From NCBI GenBank assembly GCA_951406725.2, contig OX597815.1, positions 91,760,001-91,824,000 of the forward strand: 64,000 bases of DNA. The letters are read 5' to 3'. The DNA comes from Octopus vulgaris. Its lineage: Eukaryota. A model generated the notes under the pieces. That model was not told the origin of the DNA and made no database searches. It was given only the letters and a program-made list of their open reading frames with translations. Below, one piece after another: positions 1-15,205 of this stretch (the first letter of the stretch is position 1; the number at the start of each line of letters is the position of its first letter). Position numbers and translations under genes: made by a program.

Positions 1-228
1 CATTTAATGCAACCCACCTTTGTAGCAGATCATGAAACATCATCTCACACCTGACTTGATCATGTTTAAGCTTATCCTTGATGGAAAACCTAGAGATTAC
101 TTCTACTGGTCTCAGTGCTTGAGCTGAACTGATCTAGACAATAATATCATCGTCGTCATCATTATCATCATCATCATCATTATTATCATACTTTAGCCTG
201 GATAGTTTTTAAAATTTCACATGTTTAA

Positions 229-444
229 CCTTTTAACATTCAGATTTTTTTGTCAAATGTAATACTTATTTATTCATATTGTTTTGAATTAATCATGCAT
301 TATCTTGTAGCTTTGAAATTTTGATGATGCAGTTCTCTATTTTTAGAATGACATTGATGGGCAGGTGTGAGAGGCCAAATCTGGTCAACATGAACATCAA
401 ATAGAATATTTTGGAAAAATATGGCCAGTTTAAATACCAAAAGG
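229..444. mobile_element. piggyBac-like MITE, copy 1
   Basis: ttaa-CCTTTT...AAAAGG-ttga termini; internal sequence homologous to 53936-54143. Confidence 0.6.
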
Positions 445-1699
445 TTGAAGAAGAGATATTTTATTTCCATCTTTTGTTAATATGTAGTTGACATCCAAAC
501 TATTTCTCTCTTAGTTCTCCAACTTAATACCACCACTTACCCTTGGGTACCTTTAGTGGTCTCCTATCTGAAGATAATTCTCCCATCAGTCTCAGAAGCC
601 TTAAAAAATGTCATAGGTGATGCCCTTTCTTCACTGACTATGCTGTAATTTTTTTTAACATTAGCTACAAATTGGCATTTATAATGTCAAGTATGCATTA
701 AAATCACTGCAATTAATTTATAAAAGTTATTTCTGTTATCATTATTGAATGATTAATAGCTAAGATACTTAAAAATTCTTAGAAATAAACCATTTCAGAC
801 AGCTAAGACAGAATGAAACTAATATGTGGAACTATGGAACTTGGTAGCTGGAGAATTCTTACTCAGCAAAACTATATTGTCTGCATAACAAATAGCAACT
901 TGAAGAATTACATGAATTTTTAAGGAGTTGGGGAAGGTAAAAAGAAATTTATAATTAGCATATGGTGAATGAACAGGGTGGATAGAGAGAGACAAAGAGA
1001 AAAGAAAGCACAGCTACAAATGAAATAGAATTTAAAAAACAAAGAGAGAGAGAGAGAAATGACAGGCAGTAAAGAAACAATTTGGTGAGAGAAAGAGAGT
1101 GGAAGTGGGAGAAAATGAAGTTACTTAGAGTGAAAGATGATTGTGTGTGTTTAAGAAGAAAATTTATATTGTTGTATCTAAATTAATACTTATGTTGAAA
1201 CTTCCTATTACATTAGATAGTTAGGTCATCAGAGTCCAAGATAATTCTTGTTCAACACTTACTACTCTCATAAACAAATCATAGACCATGTCTCCCTTGT
1301 ACATCCCATTTTAGCATGCTTTCTATGGCTGGATGTCCTTTCTATCACCAACCACTGTTATGATGAAAGAAAAGTGGAGTAGTAAGAGAGGTAGTGATAA
1401 AGGGTGATGGTGGAGGGAAGAGAGGGAACTGAATACTGACAGATTGACTACCATCCCTTTGTTATGTAGGCATTGTAGTACAATGAATACAAGAAAGGGT
1501 GAGCAAAAGATAAAATGGTAACAAAGAGGGAAATTGATGGCAACATAACAGAAATATAATAGGCAAGTGGCACACACCACAACCTCCGTTACCATCACCA
1601 ATTAAAGAACTGTTTTACCTTTCCTGTACTGCATTTTGCTACTTGTCAGGATTCTTTGTCACCTCCATCCTGAAATTCAACTTCATAGGATAAGTGTTT

Positions 1700-2110
1700 A
1701 TCACTTCACCCCATCTCTCCTTGGGTCTCTCTCTTCTACAAATTTCAATAACTTTAAGCACTTGGCATCCTTTATACAACTAGCATCCTTCATACAAGTG
1801 ATGTATCTGTACCAGTGTACACTTCTCTTTTACACATTACATCCCATTCCTCTTGTGTCTACCTTTTCTCTCAGTTTATTTTTTGCTCCATCATTCATGC
1901 ACACTAATATCACACATCCATCAGATTATACTTGCTTCACTTCTTTCTGGTCATCACAAATCTTCAGCATGCAAGGCCAACATCTCACTACCATACAGCA
2001 TTGCATTGCATACACAAGTGTCATACAATGTGCTCTTCACTTTGCAAGAGAAATTCTTTGTCACCAGCAGAGATAAGGTCTTCCTGAACATTTTTTCCAC
2101 CCTGTTCTTA
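1700..2110 (-). mobile_element. Decayed RTE-like LINE 3' fragment
   Basis: Non-microsatellite block resembling the reverse complement of post-RT RTE coding sequence; heavily degenerate. Confidence 0.35.
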
Positions 2111-3024
2111 CTCTGGTGACTTCACTTACAGAACCCCCTCTTCCAGTGCTAATTAGAATACCCATTTAATGAATGCTAGCAATCACTTCTTGTAAGCTTT
2201 CTGAGCATTTGAAGGAAGCTACTTCACTTGTATTTTTACTTTTAATTAATTTTAATGCATTTGCCACAGATGAAGTCTGCCTCTGGAATTCCTACCTACT
2301 TTTTTTCTGCATATCACACACAGCCATTTCCCTGATCTTTACAGGACCCTATCTGCTTTCCTACTGCAAAACCTTTAGCCTTTGCTAAGTGTACTCTGAG
2401 ACATCTTGATCTTTTGTATTGCTTCCTTGTTTAGAATTTCTTTTGTATATATGGTATATTTGAAGTTCATTCCTACTGTTTATTTAATTCACATAGATAC
2501 AAAACTGTAGCACTCCCTCTACTCTGAGTCATTGTGCACTTTCAGTGATTAAAAATTTCACTTCATATAGATGAAATAGATTGTACTGCCAAAGTTCAAA
2601 TGCTTCACTCAACTAATGGGTCTGTGTAATACAGGTGTTCTGGTCATGTGAATAAGGTGTCTGCAACTTATAAAGCAAGGACCTTGTGTTTCATGGCAAT
2701 TGTAATAATTTTATTTAAAGAATTGCTAATAACTTGCAAAATGTTGCAAATGATAGAAGTAAAAATCCCTCTTAATAAAATATCCTGCAAATTTTCACTA
2801 ACTGTTGAAGTAAAAATTTCACTTATGCATACATTACTCATTCATTTCACATAATATATGTATACATACTGCTTTATGTCAAATGAAATGAGTAAGGAGC
2901 ACTTCCTCCTCCATATTTTTAAGAGGTCTTGGGCCAATAGCTTTTGGGATCTTACAATACGCCATAAAGCTAAACCCTTTATAGACAGGAAACCTAAGGT
3001 TATCCCATAAACCAGCCTTCCCCA

Positions 3025-3077
<53 letters not shown>

Positions 3078-3563
3078 TACACATACATACAGTTACTTTA
3101 GTGACATATATATTTCTGCCTTTTGGTTGGCACAGCCTTCCAGCCCAGTCAAACCATCCAACCCATGCCAGCATGGACAACAGACATTATATGATGATGA
3201 TGATGATGATATATGTATATATATATATATATATAACATTTAAATAATGAGGGAGATAAATTGAATATTATTATTAATATACATGTATATATATGTATGT
3301 GTGTGTGTGTCTGTGTTTGTGTGCCTGATGTTATATATAGTGATTGCTTCATCTTCACAGATAATGGATGTCTCCTTGTACTTCCTCATTGTCAGTTGGC
3401 ATCTCTGGCTTTCCATTCATGACCTCCCAAATGACTATTCTGTCCCATTTCAGATCTGCATGGTTTGAGGCATAAGTGACCAAAGTAAGTTGTAGCTTAC
3501 TGTGTGTTTCCTACTGGTTTGGTCTGTATATGTCGCCCTCTTCTATTGCCATAGGACTTTCAG

Positions 3564-3609
<46 letters not shown>

Positions 3610-3687
3610 GGAGGGTGCGGTGAATAAACTGTCATCTAAATTACGCAAAAATGAAAATACACACTGACATCTCATTTTAACAGATAT

Positions 3688-3872
3688 TCTTTTACTTGTT
3701 TCAGTCATTTGACTGCAGCCATGCTGGAGCACTGCCTTTAGTCAAGCAAATCGACCCCAGGACCTATTCTTTGTAAGCCTAGTACTTATTCTATCGGTCT
3801 CTTTTGTCGAACCACTAAGTTACGAGGACGTAAACACACCAGCATCGGTTGTCAACTGATGTTGGTGGGAAA
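3688..3872 (-). mobile_element. SINE 3' half (family A)
   Basis: tttacttgtttcagtcatttgactgcagccatgctggagcactgcc...aagcctagtacttattctatcggtctcttttg...; recurs at 5433, 23678, 23935 and on + at about 7900-8065. Confidence 0.85.
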
Positions 3873-3909
3873 AACACAGACATATAAACATATACACACA
3901 CACATATAC

Positions 3910-3941
<32 letters not shown>

Positions 3942-3970
3942 TATATATATTTATATATATATAAATATAT

Positions 3971-4012
<42 letters not shown>

Positions 4013-4021
4013 TTATATATA

Positions 4022-4072
<51 letters not shown>

Positions 4073-4076
<4 letters not shown>

Positions 4077-4236
4077 TCATCATCGTTTAGCGTCCGCTTT
4101 CCATGCTAGCATGGGTTGGACGGTTCAACTGGGGTCTGGGAAGCCAGAAGGCTGCACCAGGCCCAGTCTGATCTGGCAATGTTTCTACAGCTGGATGCCC
4201 TTCCTAACGCCAACCACTCCATGAGTGTAGTGGGTG

Positions 4237-4240
<4 letters not shown>
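4073..4240 (-). mobile_element. RTE-related short retroposon with (GAT)n tail
   Basis: (cat)n-cgtttagcgtccgctttccatgctagcatgggttggacgg...ggatgcccttcctaacgccaacc; further copies near 3110-3210, 19598, 21467, 44830 and 63862. Confidence 0.7.
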
Positions 4241-4284
<44 letters not shown>

Positions 4285-4693
4285 GAGAGAAGAGAGAGAC
4301 CGGTTTTCACTTCCTTAAAAATTTGGGACAGAAACCACAACAGCAGCTGCAGTGGTTAATGTAAAATAATAAGATCCTAACAGTCAATCTTGGGGGATTT
4401 CCTGATTAAATTATTCTAATTAGAAATACTGTTCACTGATACGACCTCTTGACATGTCAATGCCTGTTCTAAAGTACTATCTCCAGCATCATGCTTCATA
4501 CAAATGAAATAATGCTCACAATATTAAATAAAATATTTAGATAACCATTCCTAGTCTCCAGTAAGGCTATAGATATATGCAATGTCATTCTTTCTTTTCT
4601 TTAATTTATATAATTCTTTTGACATTTTGGGGAAGTGTGTGTGCGTGTGTGTGTGTGTAAGCCTAGTACTTATATTTATATATATATATGTAT

Positions 4694-4850
4694 GACGGGC
4701 TTCTTTCAGTTTCTATCTATCAAATCCACTCACAAGGCTATAGTAGTGGCTATAGTAGAAGACACTTGCCTAAGGTGTCATGCAATGAGACTGAACCTGT
4801 AACCATGTGGTTGGTAAGCAAACTATTTACCACACAGCCATTCCTGTGCC
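4694..4850 (-). mobile_element. tRNA-derived SINE head (family A 5' half)
   Basis: Minus strand gives a tRNA-like head (ggctgtgtggta...ggttcagtc); homologous to 5664-5808 and 24170-24334. Confidence 0.8.
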
Positions 4851-4902
4851 TATATATTTACCAAAATTACATAGAAATATCTTGAAATACTAAACAATAA
4901 AT

Positions 4903-5364
4903 TTATTCAATCAAATCGTCACAGGGTCTTCCAGCAACCACCTTCTTGACCCAGGGCAGCACTACTTCCTCTAGACACTTTATGTAGGCCTCCGTGTTAA
5001 GTGTGAGACTGCATGGGAAGATGAATGGAGGCATAATGTCGCCATCACTAGTGATCACTCCAAAGAACATGATGTTGATTGGATGTTTGATTTTTTTTCT
5101 CAGTACATGTCCTCCAATTGTGCTGTCCTCAGATTGACACCCACACACTTTGAAATGTTCATATTAGAGCTTCTGGCACAAATGCCAAGCAGTACAGCAT
5201 GTCGTTTCCAAATTTTTGACTGAGCAAATTACATCATGGTGCTGTTTTTCTCATAGATGGTGCCCAACTGATCCTACTATACTATGTAGTTGACAAAATC
5301 AAAGATAATGCACATGCATGAAATTGAAAATATAAAATAGCGACAATTTACCTATCACATCCTG
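4903..5364 (-). mobile_element. Tc1/mariner maT (DD37D)-like transposon fragment
   Basis: Peptide KHPINIMFFGVITSDGDIMPPFIFP...LNTEAYIKCLEEVVLPWVKKVVAGRP resembles the region between the first and second catalytic Asp; terminus ta-CAGGATGTGATAGGTAAATTGTCGC. Truncated and internally deleted. Confidence 0.75.
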
Positions 5365-5379
5365 TATATAAATAATATG

Positions 5380-5432
<53 letters not shown>

Positions 5433-5434
<2 letters not shown>

Positions 5435-5808
5435 TTTGCTTGTTTCAGTCACTAGACCACAGCTATGCTAGGGCACCACCTTGAAGAATTTATAGTCAAA
5501 TGTATCGACTCCACTACTTTTTTTTTAAGCCTGGTACTTATTCTGTCAATCTCTTTTGCCAAACTGCTAGGTTATAAGAACATAAACACACCAACACCAG
5601 TTGTCAAGTAGTGGATGGGGGAGCAAACAGAAACACACATACATAGATGCATATATATGCGTTTGACAGGCTTCTTTTCAGTTTCTATATACCAAATCCA
5701 CTCACAAGGCTTTGTTTGACCCAAGGCTATAGGAGAAAACATTTGCACAAGGTGTCATGCAGTGGGGCTGAACTCAGAACCATATGGTTGGGAAGCCATG
5801 CCTGTGCC
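5433..5808 (-). mobile_element. Complete bipartite SINE (family A) with internal microsatellite
   Basis: tRNA-like head 5808-5664, short CA/TA spacer, body and tail 5620-5433; same layout at 23935-24334. Confidence 0.75.
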
Positions 5809-5833
5809 TATATTATATATATATATATATATA

Positions 5834-5880
<47 letters not shown>

Positions 5881-7099
5881 ATGAATAGATGCTTGCTGGC
5901 TTGCTCACTCTGATCTTGGTGTTGTATCTTTTGTTACTTATGAACTACCATAAGCACCAGATTGACAATCTCTCTCTTTCACTCTCTCTCTCTCTCTCTC
6001 TCCATACATACATACATACATATACATGTGTGTGTGTGAGTGTTTGTGTGTGTAATAAAAAAAGTCAGTATGTCAAACTATAAGTACTTTATTATATTCA
6101 TTTCTGTCAGCTTGATATCCCATGGTTGATAAAATTAATATCAAACAAAGCATTGTCAATATAATCAACTAAAAACCCTTCAACACAATGGTTACAGCTC
6201 AGTGACAGAAACAATAAAATAACACACACACACGCGCACACACACACACACACACACATACACACACACACACATATTAGACTCTCTATGAAACATACTT
6301 TTGCTCTTTGACTCTTTTTCCATTTTGGAACATCAACCTAATAATATTCACTATAAACGCCAAGTTCCCTTGGAATTTTTTTTTCTTTGTATTTGTTTTG
6401 TGTATATACATACACATATATAGTCACACAAACAAATACACACACACATACATGTATGTGTATGCATGTATTATCATATTGTTTCCAATCACTGGACTGT
6501 AGCCATGCTGCAGCATCCTCTTGAAGAATTTTAGTTGATCATATTGACAGTGATTTGTATGACGTGTGTGTGTGTGTGATAAAACTGCCCATGCAAACGG
6601 CATTTCTGTGGCTCCTTCGCCGTTCTCAAAAATAGCGTTCATAATATTTTATTTCATTCGGCTTAACAGCCCTTCTTGTCTGTGTTACTGTTATTCTCCT
6701 TGTCCTGTCTTTTACTATTTATATTTTGTACTGTCGTTACTGTCCTGTTTTTGTTACCATTTTTACCCCTCCAAAAAAATCTCATTTTATTCAATTTGCT
6801 TTTCGCGGGAAGGAATGTTTCATTAAAGTCATGTATCGCCTTGACCTTCGAAACGTGGAGTACATGAAACAAAGGCAACTGAAGAAGGGGAATTTTCCTT
6901 GTATTGTATGTCCTGTACTCTATTTTTTTGTTGTTTAAGAAAAATGTCCATTTCCTTGGTTTTGTGTTTATGTTTTCGTTTCTCATTGTGTTTGACGTTT
7001 TTTTGTGTCCTGTACCCATATATGCATGTATATATACATGTAGAGGTAGGTACGTACATATATGTTTATGTATGCATATGTTTTATTTATTTATTAATT

Positions 7100-7143
<44 letters not shown>

Positions 7144-7550
7144 CATACATCTCAAGATGCCGATATCAAGACACTGAGCCTTACGAAAGAGATAACAAAG
7201 GACCAAGATATATGGCACCTTGTTGTACTAATGACAACCTACCCACCAAAGCAGAATTGATACCTACAACCACCTTGATAATGCATCCCTTTTTTGTCTT
7301 GCAAGGTACTTGCTGATTCTGTCAGTAATGATGTCACATATAAAAAGCACAGACACTAAATTATGATAATGATATACCATAAAACCTCTTATGTGTGTGT
7401 GTGTGTGTGTGTATATGTATGTATGTATGTATGTGTATATCCACATATATATATATATGGGTGTATGGGTGGTGTCCCAGCATGGCTGAAGTTAAATGAC
7501 TGAAACAAGTAAAAGAAAAAAAAACTATATATATATGGATAGACAGATAG

Positions 7551-7618
<68 letters not shown>

Positions 7619-8213
7619 GTGTGTGTGTGTCTATCTATCCATATATATATACACACACACACACACACTGGGCTGACTGGCTGTATAAAATACGAGAGAC
7701 AAAAACTTGAAATTCCAAATAACCAATATGTATAATAAATTTGACTCTGCTAAATCTATTATCTCCTTCCACCAGTAAATGTTGTTTATGACTTAATAAT
7801 TTAACAGCCCCATCATTAATACTTGTGTGTGTGTGTGCATATGTGCATATGTTTGTGTGTCTGTGTTTACTCTATTTTGTTTTTTGTAATAATAATATTT
7901 GCCAGTGCTGGTTTATTTAGGTCTACATAACTTAGCTGTTCAGCAAAAAAGAATAACAATAATTTTCAGGCTTAAAACCTAAGTACTGTGGTCAGTCTGT
8001 TTGACTGAACTATTCAAGGTAGGGCTCCAGCATGGCCACAGTTCTATGGCTGAAACAAGTAGAAAATATATTTCCACTCTGTCCCAAGTATTGAGTTCCC
8101 TATCGCATAATGCTTGCACCATGTATAATGTATACATGTATATATTTTCATATTCTCATATTACAATGTGTGTGTGTACACACACATATATATATGTATG
8201 TATATATATAGAT

Positions 8214-8277
<64 letters not shown>

Positions 8278-9929
8278 GTGTGAGTGTGTGTGTGTAGGAT
8301 CATGTAAAAGAGAAAAGGAAAATGGTGGCCGTTATAACATGATAAATTTGTTGTATGAATAAATGTTGTATGTTTTAAACATGTGATAGTATTTGATGTT
8401 AATAATAAATGGAGCATAAAACTTGAAATAGCTAGAAATAGTGTAAAAGTGTATTAGTAGCACACTTTGAATATATACCACTTGATCATGAAAGCATTAA
8501 AATTTACTCTGAATAATTGCAGCATCTTTTATGAGAATATCATTTGTGGTGTTTGATAATCTCTTGTGCTTTTATCACCTTCTGACCTTTGCTTCTATGG
8601 TAACCTAAAGCATGACTGGTACCACTACAATGCCTATTGTCAAGCCATTAACTATAATATTCTTTATAAGAACAAAAGGCATAAAGGATATTGTAATAAT
8701 CATCATAGTTTGGGAGGGGGGTTGTTTTTTGTTTTGGGATTTTGTTGGATTTTTTTAATGTTATATTCACAGTAGATTGTTTCTTTGCTGTTCTGACTTT
8801 CATTGTCTTCTGAGAGCTTGATACCAATTTTATAGGAACCAACTTTGCCTGAAAATTGTCTCCTTTATTGTCTTTATGCACTGTCTGCTTTTAATTCATT
8901 TCTTTTAAAATTGATAATTTTCTAGCATGTTTTTAGAAATTTTTCTCTGAAGTGGGGAAATTAAGAAACACAAGTGTCTATCAGGAGAATACAGGAATTT
9001 TTTTTTTAAATATTCAACAACTATGACAAGCTTTTACAATTCAGTCTCTTAACCTTTCTATATTTTAAAGGATTACACTATTACCATTTCTTTCAATTTC
9101 TGTAAGTACATTCAAATCATCATCTTCATCATCATCATCATCATCATCATTTGAAGTAACTGGAATCTTACACAGTGTATTGTCATCATCATTAACAACA
9201 GTAGCGCCAAAGGATAATTACTAAATATTTCAAGAAAATAGTCATGTACTACACTTTTCCCTTATGTATGAACAACAAACAGTTATAAACCTCAAAAACC
9301 AGGACTCAGTCTCTAATGATCTCTTATGAAAGACCTCTATATATGTATGTACATGTGTGTGTGTGCGTGCATGCATGAGTGCACACATATATTTAAACAC
9401 ATATGCACATCATATTCATCACTATCATCATCCTTAAATTTACATCTAGCAAGGATGAACTAGTTATCATGAAATGAGTCAGTTCTTATTCAGAGTTACT
9501 ACTTTGTAAATAGGTATGGGATCACGTTCCATTTTTGGCATGGTTTATACAACTGGATGCCTTTTTTTTTTTTGTCAGCTACTTTACAGAATGAACTTGG
9601 TATATCTTATTGTGGAACAAGCACTATTGGGATTGTCTATCTTTAGGACGACTGAAGAGTCTATCACCTGTGTTATCTCCATTCTGTCACTAAACACCTA
9701 CTAGAGCTACTAGAGCATACTTCATGCATTTTATCATGGCACCAGCATTAGAGAGGTTGTCTAGCCTCAGCAGGACTAAAGAATCCCCTCTATCCTATGT
9801 TACCTATGTTCATTCATTCATCATCACCAGAGTGACTGAAAGACCAAGACCAAGAGTTTCATGCACTGGCACTGATCAAACTCAAGTTTGATAAGTTTGA
9901 TCTCAAGTTACTTCTTCTAAATATTAATG

Positions 9930-9976
<47 letters not shown>

Positions 9977-9977
<1 letters not shown>

Positions 9978-10067
9978 CCTTACAAAATAAGGGCAAAAGA
10001 AAAATACTAATGCCAAATATGCCATATTTGGCATTAGAATTTTTCTTTTGCTCTTATTTTGTAAGTT
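9977..10067. repeat. About 90-bp palindrome
   Basis: cttacaaaataagggcaaaagaaaaatactaatgccaaatatg-c-catatttggcattagaatttttcttttgctcttattttgtaag. Confidence 0.85.
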
Positions 10068-10640
10068 ATTTTATAAATTTAACCTTTAAAGGTATTTTTT
10101 GATATGCTGGCCATTGATAAATTTTTTTTTAGAAAAAAATTTTATCCTACATTAGTTGTATATATATATATATATATATATGAAACAAGGAATCCTCTTT
10201 AGCAACAGATAGTACTTCAATTTACTAGTTTCCTGTTCCCTACAGAGCTCAAATATGATACATATTAGAGTTTTGCTAACATACCTGATACAGTTTTGCT
10301 GCTGTACACAAGCATCCTAGACTGCATCTAGCTGATTGGCAAAGGTTCACTCACCAACAACAGGCTTACAGACATTCTGTTTCTTCTCCTTATTTCTGTG
10401 GCTAAGATAATGGCTTCTTCTCTTCTGAAGTAGTAAGCTGCATACCACCTCCACCCAAACCCACAGTAATAATTACTTTTATTGGTCACAAGGGGCCATG
10501 ATAGTACAAAGGCAGAATACAAAGGAAAACAACAAACAAGTAGTGAAGGATTTATATCAAGTAACATTATAACATTAAAACTGCATTAATAAATAGATAA
10601 TAAGGATGATGATAATCATCATCATTATTATCCTAATAAC

Positions 10641-10688
<48 letters not shown>

Positions 10689-10929
10689 TATGATTATAAT
10701 AATTGGCTACTCGGCCTGAAGAAAATTCTAACTGGGCCCCACATGCAAGATCATGCGCTACTTATCTTGGTATGAAATCATCATTTTGTGCACATACAGT
10801 TGTGATTCTTGTGCTTGGTGTACCCTTATCAGACAGGTAGTCATGATGTGTATACTGGGCTTTGTATATTTGTAGCCCAGTGTCACTTTGATGGCATGCA
10901 TTGCTCTTTCACTCAATAATAATAATAAT

Positions 10930-11363
10930 TTTTTTTTCTATTATACATGCAAGGCCTGAAATTTTGGAGGGAGAGATTAGTCAATTACATTAACACCAGT
11001 ATTCGACTGGTACTTATTTTATCGACCCTGAAAGGATGAAAGGCAAAGTCAACCTTGGTGGAATTTGAACTCAGAACATAAAAACACATGAAATGCTGCT
11101 TAGCATTTTACCTGGCATAATAGCAATTCTGCCAGCTCACCACCTTAATAATAATAATAAAAATTATATTGATTTTTTTGGCACAAGGCTAGTAATTCTG
11201 AGGAAGGGGTAAGTTGATTGCATCAACCCCATTGTTCAACTGGTACTTATTTTATCAATCCCGAAAGGATGAATGGTAAAGTCAACCTTGATGGAATTTG
11301 AACTCAGAACATAATGTCACTAAGCATCTAGCCCAACATACTAACAATTCTACCATCTTGCCA

Positions 11364-11448
<85 letters not shown>

Positions 11449-11710
11449 TCTTTCCACTAAAGGTACAAGGCCTGAAATTTTGAGGGAGGGGACTAGTCAA
11501 TTACATCAACCCCAGTGTCTCACTGGTACTTAATTTATCAACCTTAAAAGGATGAAAGGCAGAGTCAACCTCAGCAGAATAATAATAATGATGATGATGA
11601 TAATAATAATAATAATACCAAAGACTCGCTGGTAATTTATTTTATTGACCCCCATAGAGATGAAAGGCAAAGTTTACATTGACAGTATATGAATTCATGA
11701 CATAAAGAGA
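10930..11710 (-). repeat. Cluster of about 4 family-B SINE copies separated by (AAT)n
   Basis: Repeated ctggtacttattttatcgaccctgaaaggatgaaaggcaaagtcaacct...gaatttgaactcagaa near 11007, 11240, 11523 and 11630. Confidence 0.85.
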
Positions 11711-11848
11711 TGTAACTACCTGGTGCAGTGTAGTTGGTACTAATGCTGTACCAATTCTCCAAATTGATATAAGAAAAGCTACAGCTTTCTTATTATTTTC
11801 ACCGCTATTTCTCTCTGCTCACATAATCTACAATGGTCTGCAAATAAG

Positions 11849-11916
11849 TGTTTCTCAATGCCTGGGTAACACATCTTTTCTGCGACACATTGACTAACAC
11901 CATTGGTGCCTGGTGG
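11849..11916 (+). CDS. Candidate small exon of an unidentified gene
   Basis: Weak AAG acceptor after a pyrimidine tract; TGG|gtaagg donor; one open frame FLNAWVTHLFCDTLTNTIGAWW. Confidence 0.25.
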
Positions 11917-14801
11917 GTAAGGTGGTTTCATTTTGTTTTCTTTTCTTTTCTTTTTCATTTGTTTGGTTGTTACTACTTGATTTATTTATTTTTTGCACTG
12001 GTTTGCTTTTAGTAAACTTTCCTATTAAAACTTTACTATTATTATTTGAGAAATATTTTAATTTAAAAAAAAAAATTTAATGCATATTGAATATGGTGAT
12101 TGGTGTGTGTGTGTGTATGTGTGTGTGGAGAGATTTTTCTTTTTTCCTCCTTCTTTCAATTTTGAGATTTTTCAAACTTTTTAATTAAATGTTATGTCAT
12201 ATTTGAATGCTGGGAAGTTTCACATGCTGATAAATGATGATGTCCACTTCCATGATGGCAAAGTAAAAACAGGAGTAGCAGTGATAGTAAAGGAGGTGGT
12301 AATGGCAGTTATGTTGTTGTTGGTCATGGTGGTGAGGATGATGGCAACAGCAGTGCCAATGGTAGCAGTAGTAGTGGTGCTGGTGCTGGTTGATTGGTTG
12401 GATAGTTGGTTGGTGGTGATTGTGGTGTTGCAAGTAAGGGTGGTATTTGTGAAAATAGCTTCTAAAATATTTCTTTTATTAAAATTCAAAGAACAGGAGA
12501 CATTCTTTGAACTAATCATGCATATTCTGCGGGAAAGCTTGGATAGTTTTGATTTTCTAAAGAATCTCATTATGTTTCTTAATAAATGACCTGTCAATCC
12601 CAGAGTGTGTTCTTTTAAAATTCTCATTACTAATCTTTTTTCTTTCTTTCTTTTTTTTCTTTTTTTTTTTTGCTGTGGTTGTTTTTCTTGTAAATTACAT
12701 TTTCATTAATATTAATCATTTAATTTACTATTTTAGATGAATGAAGTGTTTGGTTAGATTCCTAGTCAGCTTTAGAACAAAGGTGCATTGTGGTGTGTTG
12801 TGGGAAAAGGCTAAGTTTTGGTTACATTCCTGTTAGGATTATTTTCATAGTATGTACAATATCAGTTCCTGACTGAGGCATCAGACCATCAGTTATTTGG
12901 GGAGTTGGAGTAACTTAAAATCATACCCACAAACTACTGATGTATATATTATCAAAGGACCTACATGTCTCTCCACCTTTCATCACCCATGTTGTATCTA
13001 CTCCTTCACTGGCCCTGCAGTAACAGCTATGTCAAGTTGTTCCTCCCTATAACGTCAGTGGCTCTAGAATCTTTTTCCCTGCTCTTGTCTTTCCTCCCAA
13101 TGTTCCCCTACAGCAATTTAATTGGAATATTGACGGAATCAACCTTATCAATCTTCAAATCTTCAGTACTAATGAGCACTGTCTCTTCTTTCAGTCTCAA
13201 CAAATAAAGAAAATAATAAAAGCCTTGATGGCATGAAACAAAAAGTTAATTCTAACAGGATTTGAACTCAGAATTTTGGGAGATTAAACTAAATATTATT
13301 AGCCTAACAGTTTACAAGTTGTACCAAATCACTACCTTAGATTACAGGCCTTTCTTGTCACCCAAACAGGTACACCTGACCCCAATTTACAGTTATTATA
13401 TTCCTTCTGAATTTCACATTTTCAGTTTCCCTATCTCATACACACACAGACATACATTCAGAGACATAGACACTCACACACACACACACACACATAAATG
13501 TTTTCTATTCCATCTGACTAATACATCCATCTTTTCTGCCTCCATCCAAAATGTTCACCACTTCACTCTACAAAATCCCCCATTGCAACAAAGATTTATT
13601 GCCTTTTTACTCACTTCCAATGTAACTACATCTACTGTGATCATTATACATCTATGGAGGAAATGGGAAAAATATACCAACTCAAGGATCTGTCCCATGC
13701 TCTTAACAATTCTGCCAGTCCATCATGCTACATTGGTATTTTATTGACCCTAGAAGACTGAAAAGCTTAGTTGACCTCAGCAAGATTTGGACTTTGAATG
13801 CAAAGTGTTGCAATATATGGTGAAAAGTATTTCATCCAAGACTAGCAGCTATACCAAACCCCTCTATATATTAGTGTTATTAAGTCATGACCGGCATCAC
13901 TGAGAGCCAAAAATTATTTTCTAGGAGAACTGAAGAGTTTTCAAGAATTAGATACTTTTTTTATATATATATATTTTGCAAAATCATTTGAGATTTTTAT
14001 ATTTTTTGTTGGTTTGGTTGCTGTGTCTTTCATTCATTCTCTGCTCTCTTCTTTTGTATTTCCTCTACCTTAATGTAGTTCCACTTTTTCTTTCATTTGA
14101 AACATAAAAGGAAAGGGAAATAAAAGAAAATTATTTATGTATAATTATTTTTCTTCAGAATTCTCTTTTGTAATTGTAAGTTCTATTTTATTTTGGATTT
14201 CTGTTGTGTCTTTGTTGTGCATTTGATTGTATGTGTATGCATGTGTATGTGTGCACGTGTATGTGTTTTGATTTGTTTTTGTTTGTTTGTTTTTTTGTTT
14301 GTTTTTTAACTTTGAATTTCTTATTCAATCTTTAACCTTTTGCAACAACATCATGTAATTCAAACATTACAAAATAATATCATTTCGAGGTTTTACAGAG
14401 AAAAGTGAAAGACACTTTGTACAGAAAACATTTTCAATTGAGATAGCATATTGTGTAGGTGTTATGCAAGTCTTAGAGCACAAATCAAAAAAATTAATAA
14501 ATAAATAAATGAATAAATTGAAAAAAGCAAAAAATAAAAAATGAAATAACATCCTTAATCTTTTGGGTTTAAAAAACTGTATTTCCTTCTGAGTGATATT
14601 TTACTACTAAATCTACTTCAATATATACAAAAGTATTTATCTGGGGTTTTTTTTTGGGGGGGGGGGTTCAAATTTTTTTATATCATTTTTCTTAGGTTGT
14701 ATTTTTTAAGCTTTTTCCTTTCTTTATGTATATATATATATATATATATATATACATACACACACACATATGTATATATACAGACATACACACACACACA
14801 G

Positions 14802-14832
<31 letters not shown>

Positions 14833-15118
14833 CACATACATATATCTATATGTATGTATATATAATCAATTGCTTGCATTGGAATTTTCAAACAATTAAA
14901 TCTACAACTATTCTATTTTGTTTTGTTTTTTTCCTGCTGTCGTATTTTTTATATTTTTTTATTTAAATGTAATCTCTCAAAGAAATAAATGTGAATTTAA
15001 GTTCTTTGAGCTTTACAGAATATTTTCATTTCTCTTTTAATGCTTGTGTGTGTGTGTGTGTGTGTGTATTGTATTTATGTATGTGTTTATTGTTCTTCCT
15101 CCTCTCTCTCTCCTTTTA

Positions 15119-15150
<32 letters not shown>

Positions 15151-15167
15151 CATATATATACATATAT

Positions 15168-15205
<38 letters not shown>

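Noticed and set aside
6840-6905. Permuted hammerhead (cgaaac...ctgaaga)
   Set aside because: Both boxes are present but no credible stem I or stem III; probably part of a repeat at about 6580-7015.
8611-8700. Possible exon (HDWYHYNAYCQAINY...)
   Set aside because: Weak AAG acceptor, no clear donor, no recognisable homology.
12194-12627. Overlapping Val-rich and Thr-rich ORFs resembling membrane or mucin proteins
   Set aside because: They derive from degenerate GGT/GAT/AGT trinucleotide low-complexity sequence; the same applies to 24832-25116.
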